A DNA stretch of 64,000 bases from Stylophora pistillata (taxonomy: Eukaryota): contig NW_019217861.1 of NCBI RefSeq assembly GCF_002571385.2, positions 199,766 to 263,765 of the forward strand, in the 5' to 3' direction. The notes under the pieces are model-generated. The model searched no databases, was not told where the DNA came from, and was given only the letters and a program-made list of their open reading frames with translations. Both the position numbers and the translations under genes were made by a program. Of this stretch, positions 1 to 11,000 are shown one piece after another; position 1 is the first letter of the stretch, and every line of letters starts with the position of its first letter.

Positions 1-34
1 TAGTTTACAGGTACGCCACGAAATAAAAAGAAAA

Positions 35-155
35 AGCACGCACAACCCACAATTCCTCTATTCGCTCCGACGAAGGGCTAACGCTCGAAACGTCAAATTT
101 TATAATCGTAACAGTGGCCAATTTACCATTTCAACTTTGTTGATATATTCAAATT
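35..155 (+). mobile_element. Penelope-like retroelement terminal-repeat remnant with a minimal hammerhead-ribozyme-like motif
   Basis: CCGACGA-A-GGGC/TAAC/GCTC-GAAA-CGTC at 67-94. A near-identical copy lies in reverse at about 14237-14330 and related copies at 12285-12468. The family assignment is from recall. Confidence 0.6.
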
Positions 156-1593
156 AATAAATCAAGGGTTTTCTAAGCTTTATGAATTGCTCATCTGGTC
201 GTTAAGCAAGGTTAAGAAACTGTTTTTTCGATAGATCACATTTTAGAGCAATTACCGTTGTGAAAGTTTATTTCATGATTACCAGCCTGTCACGAATGAC
301 AGATTTTTTTTCTCGTCTTTTTTCATTTTTCATATTTTTTATGGATTTCATAAAGTTATAAATATACGACGATGGTGAAACTTTTCCTTGGTGAATGGTA
401 CAAATACATGGGAAGACTGCATTGAGATCCATGTTCACTACGAAATTTGGTATAACTTTGGTTGTTAAAGGCAACACCTATCATTGGAAAATTTGCCGTA
501 AGACAGATTGAAATAAATCGCAGATGTGCACTCTGATAAAAGAATACCGGCTCATGCAGTTTTGTTTCCTGATAGTACTATTTTGGAACGCGTTATTACA
601 TTACATGATCAAGCAAAAGCTTTTTTATGCTCTTAAGCAAGTTTTCTTCGTCGCGAGACCGGAAAAAAAGGCGCAGACATGAAACTTCAAATGTGCCATT
701 TGATGACACCAAGAGATTCAAGGTAATGATTAAATCTCCACTTAAATCTAAAATTAATTTAAATTTAACCTTTAATTTACATTTTCATTTCATAATAGCT
801 GATTGTTAGCACTAGCAATGAATCCTAATTTCTCATGTAAAGGGCTGATTGGAAGTTTGCGGAGTGTTTCCATCTCACAACACTTTGTCCGAGCAGCGCA
901 GATTTCTCTTTGGTTACCGTTAAACGCTTTCCAGTAGATGCTACCGAAATTGTAAAGTAGGCATACTCAGGATCTCACAATATGTGCTACCCTAGAACAG
1001 AAAAGGATATCTTGCATTAATGGTCTATCCAAAGGGAGAGATGTGCTCTGGGGCTGATTTTATCTTAGGTGACACTTTTTAGAATAAGATTTTGAGAAAC
1101 AATTGGTTTTCAACGACAATCCTATATATAGTTTGCGCGGTTTTTTTTTTTCGCCTCAAGTTTCCAAGTTTATTTCGCACTATTAAAATTAATACAGTAT
1201 AAGATGACTTATATAACTAGGTGAAGAAGATCATCAGAAGTAGATATCATGCAGGTTTGTATATGTGTGCACAGTGACCAAAGTAGCCGTAGCTTTCGTG
1301 TTGGTCACTGCCTCCAGAACCTGAAGTGATAGTGCTCTGCAACTGAGATGGTTTCAAACATTCGTTTATTCAGTTTTCTTACATAATTCACTCAACGACG
1401 TTGACTATTTGATTCACTCATCTTTAATTTACCGAAATATATATTAAAACTGAATCTGGCATTGTAATTACAAACCTTATTGTAGCATGGAAACGTGGTT
1501 TGCAAATATGTAATTGTGTGCTATTTGGTGACTGGGAAATGCGTTCTGAACGACTGGAAATGGAAAATGATGTGCCTTTCTACAATTACTTTT
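153..1593. repeat. Segmental duplicate of the 3' flank of TRPA gene B (copy 1)
   Basis: Aligns by eye, co-linearly and at high identity, to about 18269-19931 (attaataaatcaagggttttctaagc ... gtgcctttctacaattactttt). The copies differ at about 703-810, where copy 2 has a gap and a different sequence. Confidence 0.9.
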
Positions 1594-1883
1594 TTAACAT
1601 TTGGACAAACTCTTTGATGAGCTGCAGAACTAAAAACACAATAATGATCCATGGCGTCTGGTTCAGGAAGCTATCATTGTCCTCAACAATTGTTATCTCA
1701 TTCTTCGAAGAGTGTGAAAGTTTAACCTTTTCCCTTTCTTTGACAATGAAGCTTGAAAACAAGACAACGAAAACAGCAAATACTAACGCGTTGAAGAAAG
1801 TAACAAACTTCCCAAGTACCATCCACTTCCATCTCAGCAAAGCTTGGGTGACATTGTGATTCAGCAACTTTTCTCGCCGATGN

Positions 1884-2806
1884 AGTATTGTGGTGCCCCT
1901 AAGGTTATAAGTGGAGCACCTAACTGTTATAAGATCACGTAAGCTTTTTGGTCCTGCATCACTGGTTAATATCTTAAAGACAGTGGACAATATTTTCGCT
2001 AATCGCTGTTCACGAAGACTTGAGAGACCGATACGCTTACAAAGTTCCTCATAAGGAGAGGACTTATCTCTAAAAACAAAACGGAGCGCACGTTTGTTCA
2101 CCAACTCTAACTTGTCAGCTGACTTCTTATTACAGAAGTGCCACGTTTCGGAGTAGTAATTAAAGTGTGATAAAATGAAGGCTTTGTAAAGATCCCTTCT
2201 AGTCTCAAAAAATAACATTTTCTGCATCCTTTTTAACACAGCCACCTGTTGACTGACTTTTCTACATATTTTAGCAATGTGCATTTCAAAATTTAATTTA
2301 TCATCGATTGTCACGCCAAGAAGTTCCATTGTGTTGGATATGGGAAGTTGTGACTCCTCACACTTAAACACTGGTTCATCAGTTCCTTTGTGTTTTCCCA
2401 ACACCATGCCTGGTATTTTGAACTGTTCCTCTTCGTACCATTACACGCGAGCCATATATCAGCACTAATAAGATCATTGTTGATTGTTTCTTCAATTTTA
2501 GAGAGTTGATTGTCGGCGTAAAAGATTTGACCAGCGTAAGTGGACAGAGTGCACTTCTCGATGACACATGAAAGATCGTTCATGAAGATGTTGAAAAGTA
2601 AAGGGTCGAGGATGGATCTCTGTGGTACACCATTGCATATAGGTTGCCAATTGGAAAGCGTATCCCCTAGTCTCGCTTTTTGGAATCGATTTGATAAATA
2701 ATCTTTTATCAGGGTGGTTGTTGCTTCATCTGCTCCATATTCTTTTAATTTCAAAACAATCAGTTCATGAGGTAAGGTGTCAAAGGCCTTGGACAAGTCC
2801 ATACAC
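1884..2806 (-). mobile_element. Decayed non-LTR retrotransposon RT fragment (CR1/L2/Crack group) inside pseudogene P
   Basis: MDLSKAFD, GVPQRSILDPLLFNIFMND, degenerate YADD (YAG), LLGVTIDDKLNF and YNLRG motifs, spread over frameshifted ORFs 2311-2991 and 1586-2407. Confidence 0.9.
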
Positions 2807-3120
2807 CACAGGCTTTGTGAAGTGGTGTGTTGTTGTTCAAATCTACTCGTTCTAAAGTACTTGGCAAACGACAGTCCAGCAAAACTTGAACGGTCTGCAA
2901 TGATCCAGCTTCGATTGCATGATGAAGCGCAGTGAAACCTCTCAAATCCATTCGAAAAACTTCGGCGCCATTTTTCAGTAAGACTCTGCATGTTTCCCTA
3001 GAATTGCAAAGAAACAACCAAATGTAGAAAGCAAAACCAAAATATGTGTACAACAATGTAACCATTTGGTATCCCATTTTAACCCTTTACTTGAATATTT
3101 AATTTGGAATTGGAATTCTT

Positions 3121-3363
3121 CTGGGCGGGCTTGTTCAAAGGTGGATTAAGATAATCCAGAGTTATTGTGAAATTTTATTTCAGATCTGAGAGCTTTAAAA
3201 GAAAATTCAGTTTGATTCCATTTGTCCACAATTTAATGATTGAATGCTCTAATGAGAATTGCGAAAATTATCCCAAACGGCTTTTTAACAGAGAAATAGA
3301 GAAACCTGAATTAAAATTTAACTCTGAGTTAGCGCTAGTCGGCCTTTGAACAACTCGGCTCTG
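3121..3363. mobile_element. MITE-like element
   Basis: Imperfect terminal inverted repeats ctgggcgggcttgttcaaag ... ctttgaacaactcggctctg; about 240 bp, non-coding. Confidence 0.55.
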
Positions 3364-3665
3364 ACCTTTCTCCACCTCATGTGTACAGGCTTGGTCGTGT
3401 TTCACCAAATCAATTACGTCGAACGAATTCATCGCTCTTAAATTAAGCTCTATTTGTTATGATACAATTGTTATGGGGAGGAAAGGTTTCAGTCAGCAAT
3501 TTCAAATTGAGTACGGCGGCTAGGGAAATAATCTGATAACTCTGAGTCTTCTCTTGGTTTTATCGGATGCCACTTAAGTCTTCCTCTGAACCGTAATTTT
3601 TTAGCGTCAAACGTTATAGATGGCCCAGAGAGCAAAATTCGCAAAACGGGATTAGTGATTTCTGG

Positions 3666-3737
3666 ATGAAAAATGGAAAAATGGAAAATGGAAAATGGAA
3701 TAGGGAAAATGATAAAAATGAAAAATGGAAAATGATA
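3666..3737. repeat. (GGAAAAT)n-like simple repeat
   Basis: atggaaaaatggaaaatggaaaatggaaaatgg... Confidence 0.8.
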
Positions 3738-4944
3738 AAAAAAAAAATTCAAGAAAGACCACTTCAGGAATCAGCTCTAGAGGGGAGTTTATTCTATTTT
3801 ACTTTATTTAAGATCGCAATACCCAGGCATGTTTGTTGCTAGCTGCTAAATGAAGAGGTGTCCCTCTTTTCTCAGCTGCCTGTTGGGTGTGAAATGAAAA
3901 TCTAGGGAACCTGGAGAAAGCCTCGACACAGTGGATTGAGCCTTTTTCAGCCGCGATGTGAAGGGCAAGCCAGTCTTTTGCGTCACGTTGGCATAAAGTT
4001 CCTTTCTCTTTCTCTAGTAGAAGAATTTCCAAAATCTAAAAATTGAAAGAAAGCAAAATTACCGATACGTGAATATTAAACTTTAGGAAGGAACATATCT
4101 TTATTTAAGGTTACTAGATGCCCTCCAGAAGAATCGTCTTACGCGCACAACTTTTAAAGAAACCAAGGAAAACTATATATCGCTGTAAAGCTTATAAAGT
4201 ATAGATTATGAATGAAAATTAAAAACAAATCTCTCAGCTTTTAACTTGGTAGGCACGCACGAGCCTTTAAACACAACACTGACGGTGTTTGCTTAACTGA
4301 ATCTCAGCCTCTGCGGTACCGCTGACCTCGAAACAAACTGGACAGTATCAGTCAGCAGATAATGGGCTAACGAAGTGTTTTAGGCTTTTTCGGTATTGCT
4401 ATTGATGCCTGAGAAAATCTATTTTCAATTTGGACGATAGCAAAATTCCGGCTAATTGTCATGAAAATCCACAAGATCTACATACCCATCAAGTAAAAGT
4501 AAATCACGTAAAACAAACCTCTAGTTTTTAGTTTTCGAACCTCATTTAAGCGCGTCGTCAATGCGGCCATGCCGCCGACTAATGATACGCAACATCGATA
4601 CCCTGGTAAGTCTCTTGACAAAGACTCTTTAAACACGAAGGCGCGCTATAAAATGGCATTAGCTTCTCCCCTAATTTTGAATTCACCCAAAAAATTAAAG
4701 ATGGCGGACGATGAGGAGAACTGCAACGAACACTTAGTATTTCTTATACTCATCAAAAGCAATAAAACATACCCAGAAACGGTCACAAATTATCAATAGA
4801 GTAATTTTTCTGTGAGTAGTTTTGTTTGGAGTACAATATTTCCTCGTTTCTTGTAAAAAACTTGCGTTGTTACAGTCAAATTCAAATCGCCTCGAGTCGT
4901 TTAATTTAGGCCTTTTTATTGGATAGAGTTAAATAATACAGAAC

Positions 4945-6512
4945 TTGAAGGATCACATCTCTCAAGGTCAACTACCAAGTATATGGAAGTCGGCCCACAT
5001 CACTCCAGTCCATAAGAAAGGGAGCAAAAATCTCATGGAGAACTACCGCCAAATATCACTGACTTGTATTGTTTGCAAGATTGCAGAAGCTGTGGTAAAG
5101 TCCCGTGTGGTCGACTTTTGGTCAGACCTCAATCTTTTTAATCCAGACCAATTTGCGTATCTAAGGGGTAAATCGACGTTGGCACAATTACTTACATGTT
5201 ACAATGACTGGGCAAAGGCTAGGAATTGCTCGCAACAAACGGATATCATCTTCTTAGATCTCTCCAAGGCTTTCGACAGCGTGCCACACGAGCGCTTGCT
5301 GCTGAAACTACAACGGTATGGGATAGACGGCTCTCTACTACTGTGGATTAGAAATTTTTTGACGAATAGAAGGCAGCGTGTAGTGTTAAGGGGCAATTGT
5401 TCAGACTGGTCACCCGTGATTTCAGGTGTGCCTCAAGGAACAGTACTCGGCCCAATCCTATTCATTATTTATATAAATGATATTTCGGCAAACATTGCAT
5501 CAACCGTGAAAATCTACGCTGATGATACTAAAATCTATCGCAAGATCATGGAGCCTGATAAGGATATACCAGCCTTACAGCTGGACTTGAACAAATTAAG
5601 CGATTGGGCTAACAAGTGGCAGTTGCGCTTTAATCCTGAAAAATGTGAAGTTATGCGTGTAACGCACAGTAGAGACAGATCCAAGCCTAGTTATTCCCTT
5701 GGTACGCAACTAAAATCTGTCGACAGCGCCAAGGACCTAGGGGTCACAATAAACTACGATCTATCTTGGGGTAAACACGTTTCCTACATAGTAAACAAGG
5801 CGAACAAAGTGTTGGGTATAATTAGGCGATCACTTGGAAACGATAATCGCTATGCGTTTTCCTGCCTCTTTAAGTCGTTAGTAAGACCTATACTCGAATA
5901 CGCTGTCCCCGTCTGGAGCCCCTACCAAAAAAAGGATATCGAATCCTTGGAAAAAGTCCAAAGAAGGGCATCTCGGTTGGCATTAAAGCAAAAACGCGGA
6001 GAAATGAGCTATGAAGACCGCTGCCGCCTACTGAATTGGCAAACTTTGGAGAAACGAAGAGAGTTTTTATCTCTGATCCAGTGCTACAAGATAGTTCTGG
6101 AAATAGATAGTCTTCATTTTTCGGACTTTTTAGAACTTACTAAATGTAATCGAACTAGAGCCAATCACGATTATAAGCTCTACGTAAAAATAGCTATCGT
6201 AAATTGCTACAAATTTTCTTTTTTTGTACGGATCGTTAATATGTGGAATAATCTGCCTAAAGATATTGTACACGCAGGATCATTGACTTTATTTCGTAAC
6301 AGACTAAAGATTTACATGAATATTGATTGAGATGATGGTAAACAGTTTTTAGTTATCTGTATATAATGTTTTGATCTTTTTATTTGGGGAATCTTTTATA
6401 TAGGGTTAACCTCTAGAATATCCCCTTTCGAGAGATACTTTTTTGTTACAATTTTTATTTTCCTTTCTCTTGAATAAAGTATTGTATTGTATTGTATTGT
6501 ATTGTATTGTAT
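4945..6512 (+). mobile_element. 5'-truncated CR1/L2-group LINE with an uninterrupted RT ORF (4945-6330), 3' UTR and (ATTGT)n tail
   Basis: 461-codon ORF with WKSAHITPVHKKG, NYRQISL, DLSKAFDSV, GVPQGTVLGP, YADD, DLGV, LVRPILEY and LEKVQRRA. No endonuclease domain. AATAAA followed by about six ATTGT units at about 6481-6512. Confidence 0.95.
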
Positions 6513-8027
6513 CACCAGTGTTGTTGTGACAACGTCTTGTTGTTAAAAATGACAACATCAGCCGGACCATGACGCAAGAGTGAAATTACATATTTAGTAA
6601 TTTAAATCGTGGCATGGTGCAAAACGAGCAACGCGCAACAAAAACCTTGTTGGTTCCTAATTACTCTTAGAATGGTAAATTTTGGAAAGAAACTGAAACA
6701 TTTTATGGGCGAGACGCTTGATACGGTCATGCTGTTATCTTGTAAGTTCACAACGACCGACAATCAAGCACAGCGGTAAATTGAAATGTCGTCGTGAGTC
6801 ACTATTCATTTCATCCGTTCTGATCACGTTTTTAACGAGTTTCCTGTTAAAATATCAAAAGCATACAAACCAGTTCTATCCTGGGCGCCAAAGGAGCGAC
6901 AAGTCGACATAAAGTTGCTAATGACGAGAGTAAAACCGACACAGAGTAACCGTGAGACCTACGCCATAACCAAAACACTCTTCTTTATGAAAGTGACGTT
7001 ACTGTTTATCAGTTTCGTGACATATGCATCGGTAGATGTCAGAAGATGAAAATTTAAAATGAAGTAAGGATTTTTCTGGCATGAATGGTCACTCCTCCAC
7101 GACCACACAGTGACGTAAAGGCAAGGGACAGACACAGTTATACGATACAACAGTGATTTTTTTCCACGCCCTTTATTCTCAATAGACTGAAGTATTCCTC
7201 CTAGTAATACTAGTGTGTACTAGTTTATTCTACTTAGTCACTCATTTAATCATTAACTCATTCATTTATCTATCTCTCGATATTCCATATTGCAAAAGGT
7301 TTGCGAATACCTTACCGACCTCACAATAATACAACTGACTTTTCAACGTTTTCTGATATGGCTTGTTGACGTCTTGCTCTGCAACGCCGGTAAAACGATC
7401 TCACATCTTGAACGAGACGAAGACTAAACAGTCATGGCAGTGCTCTCAGGGTTTTGAGAGAAAATTAGTTCGGAATTTTCCCAGTTATGGCCAAGGCATT
7501 TTCTGTCAGTTGACATTTTAAGAACAATATATATCTTGTTAGTGGTCAAAATATTTTACGAACTGTAATGTCAATTGTAGTACATTATGTCTACATGAGG
7601 ACTCGATATCACGAGATGGTGTTTATAAGTACGCGCTGAATTCTCATAGTACACTCTCGATATGACAACATTCAAAGAGAAATAAAAGCAAAAAAAAAAA
7701 CTGATTACTAACTAAGCAAGCAACCCTAGCAGTTTCAGCATTCTTTATTTTTCTACACTCTCTACAAAATGCACAGTGATAACAGAAATAAAAATGGAAC
7801 ATTCAAAATACCAAAGAAGATGGTGTTGGACTAATTTCTTTTGTCATATGGTCGCTTTTAAAATAACAATAATGTGTTGAAATTGCTTGAACGTCTTTGA
7901 AACTAAATAAACTTGTCGAACAAACTGCGTACATTTAAAATCAAGTACTGACGACGTTGAGTCGATCCTTTATCAGAGCGATTACTTCATTTTATCATAT
8001 TTAAATTTTTTGTGATCAACTAGCCTT

Positions 8028-11000
8028 TTATTCATAGTCTGTGATTTTCAATCTGTCAGCCATTGCCTTAAGAAATTTTCCTTGTGCTTCCACAGTGGCC
8101 TGAAGTTTTTGCATCATTTCCTCTTGCCTTTCCTCTCGCAACTGTAGCTGTTGGCAGCCATCACTAGAGATCCCACTAGATGCGCCGTTTAGCAGCATGT
8201 CCACAAAATCACTTCCTGTTATATCAGTAGCAGATAGAGTGACCCTAAAATGTAAGAGGGGGTTCGAGTTGATTAATAAAACACAGCTGCTGTGTAAAAA
8301 ATAAAAACTAACTTCTTAGTCTCTCTTTGCTATCAACTGAGCTTGGTAAACCTTTATAATTACTGGCCAGGTAAAGGTCACTCAACAAATTCCTTTTCCT
8401 GGAATTTGATCGACAATGCATCATTTTTTGCGGAAGCAAAAATCAGTACATTTACAACCTCCGTTTCCATCTCGCGACTTTGAATTAATTATGTCCCATG
8501 GGCGTGACCACGTATGAAGACTCATTTAGAACGCAGATGATTCACATTGATAAACTTTTCAGTGGAATATAAAAAGAGGATCATGTATGAATCAAAAGAA
8601 GTGGCCACTGACCTGCAAATAGAAAAAAAGAAAGGAATACAAAGTTAACTGCCGAAAGACAATACTTACCACTTCATGAAACTGTTTTCGTTTGGTTTTA
8701 TTTTCAACGAGCTCCTGTAGATCTTTCGAAGAATGAAACTTGGATAGGATTTCATGATGTCGTCAACTAATAGCACTTGGTCTATCAAAGCTCGTAAACT
8801 TGCTGTCCTCTGAATAGACTCGATATCTCCAACCGCCAAACCAACCTATAGTTTTGGAATACAACTACCGTTAAATTTTGGATAACAATCACAGCAACAG
8901 GCTGATGCAATAGTCATGTCCAGTGCCCAGGTCCTCCATAACACTCGTTGGAACGTTAGGGGAAGATAGCTTGAGCAAACTCGCTCAAACTCTGGGTACC
9001 GTGAAGGATTACTGGAGTTTTGGGTCACAAAAGCTTCTTCTTAAATGTACCATTTCTTTGCTGTTACAACGTTTTCTAACTCCAACTGCTACTTCAACTG
9101 CAAATTCCCTTATTATTTCCACTACTAATGCCAAAACCTTTAACCCTTATATTCTGATTTGCTTGTATTTCCTTAACCTTGGGAGCTGACATCGCACTCC
9201 TGTTTTACGGGATATAGAGGTATATATACCTATATAATGACACTCACGTATATATAATAATATTTACATATGTATAATTCTATATAACTGTGTAACTATA
9301 TAAATATGTAACTGCTGATTACATATTTAATTATTAAGCTCTCATATCTGCTAATTATATAATTAGTTGTAAAGCGCTTAATATAGTGAAACTATGGAAA
9401 CATCGAATTCTAGAATGTAATAGCAAAGGCACCAAAAAAATATTTTCCTAAGAAGAGAACACCTGACAATTCTCAATTTAGACTACACACCACGTGTTAC
9501 TACGGGCTAAAGATATCCCTCTCGACTCGCCTTATAGCTAAAGATGGTTTTTTGAACGTATGTCACGCAAGTGGTGGTCTGTATTATAATGGAATAGAGA
9601 ATTGATCTTTTTCATACCAGCAAGTTGACGAGCACAACACTACCCAACAATACGAATGCTAAGAACAGGCAGGTAGTGAGTATTGGCAGAGGAACATATG
9701 GAATATTTGTTCCAGGCACTGTGTTGTTGTTCACAATGTTGTCAACCAACATATTTGAGTAGTCTAATTCACCAGCCAATGTGACGTAGATCTTTGCAAA
9801 AGCGTACCAGAAAGTTGAGAAATTACCCTAAGAGAAAAATAAAACCAAACCATTAAACCGTGTAATTCCAGTCACGAGAAGTACTCTCCATTTTTTAGAG
9901 GGTGAAAACTGAAGCAAAGGGCACCTGTAACAACCAAAAGAAGCAGTGCCTTTTTTGAAAAATTCTTATTGAGCATGAGGCGTTATACTGTATGTGAACA
10001 ATTACGCTATTTTGTACCAATGGATTTTTGTGGTGGCGAGTTGGTTGTGGTGGCGAATTGACTGCAAACCGTTTTTTTTTTTGTCAGCTCCACTCTATGA
10101 AATACTGTCCTAAACAAATTTTTTTCCAATCATCATTAGTTTTTTTAGTAATAAATACGAAAGGATCAGAAATATTCACGAGATCGTTCTAACCTGTTCT
10201 TTTAGCAAGGCATAAAATACCAAGGTGAATCCAGTTAGGGCAATCATGAAAGTGGACATCACTCTCAGAAATGTGCGCAGAACCTCCACGTACATTGTGA
10301 CATACAAACCAAGTCCACCAAAGCGACGAAGAGATAATGTAAAATTTATGTAGCTCAGGAGAAGCCCAAGTATACCAGCTATCCATTGAGTCTTTGTGTT
10401 GTATATATTTCTCTCAGTCATGTGAGGAAGTATGAAAATCCACACCAATACGTACATTACCAACTCTAACAAGTTTGTGATATCCCTGAAGTAGGAGAAC
10501 CGCTGCCAAATCATTTGAATAACTTCCTTGATGAGCTGCACGATCAAAAATGCTAGTATAACATAAGGAACTGTCAACTCAAACGACGATTTGATTTTGA
10601 CACCTTCGCTAGTTGTTTTTTCAGAGGAGGTGAATAAAAAATTGATTTTGTCCCTCTCTATGACAAAGAGACACGAGAGAAGGATGACATAAGCGGCCAT
10701 TACAACAGCGTTAATCAAGGAGACAAACTTCCCCAAAATTAGCCACTTCCATCTCAACAACGCTTGAGTGACACTGTGATTGAGCAATTTTTCTCTTCGA
10801 TGTTTTGCCATGGAAGCTGGACCGAAGTAACTGTGACAATCAGGCCCAGGATCTAACTGAACCACGTTAAATGTGACAGAAAAGTCTTCGTGAGACGGAG
10901 GGTGTGGACTGTAGGTGATGCATTTATCGAGAATAACTTCTGCCACATCTGGAAGTTTTTCGATTAGTTTTCCCATCGGATGAACACTAACAACTGGTGA

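Larger units (their letters stand above)
1586..4035 (-). pseudogene. TRPA1-like pseudogene fragment P (exon 5, part of exon 6, part of exon 7), disrupted by a LINE
   Basis: Exon-5 homolog about 3830-4035 (ILEILL..LALHIAAEKG..TPLHLAASNK). Exon-6 homolog about 2808-2998 (ETCRVLLKNGA..TPLHKAC), cut by the RT. Exon-7 piece 1586-1882 (HRREKLLNHNVTQALLRWKW..QLIKEFVQM), most similar to gene A. Exons 1-4 and S3-S6 were not found. Confidence 0.85.

Noticed and set aside
1586-2407. Apparent RT-TRP channel fusion ORF (273 aa)
   Set aside because: The two halves meet exactly at an N (1883), which is probably a contig join. The RT is frameshifted and lacks YADD, so this is not evidence of a domesticated fusion protein.
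2311-3077. Ankyrin-RT fusion ORFs
   Set aside because: The ankyrin exon and the RT are in different frames. This is a 5'-truncated LINE inserted into a pseudogene exon.
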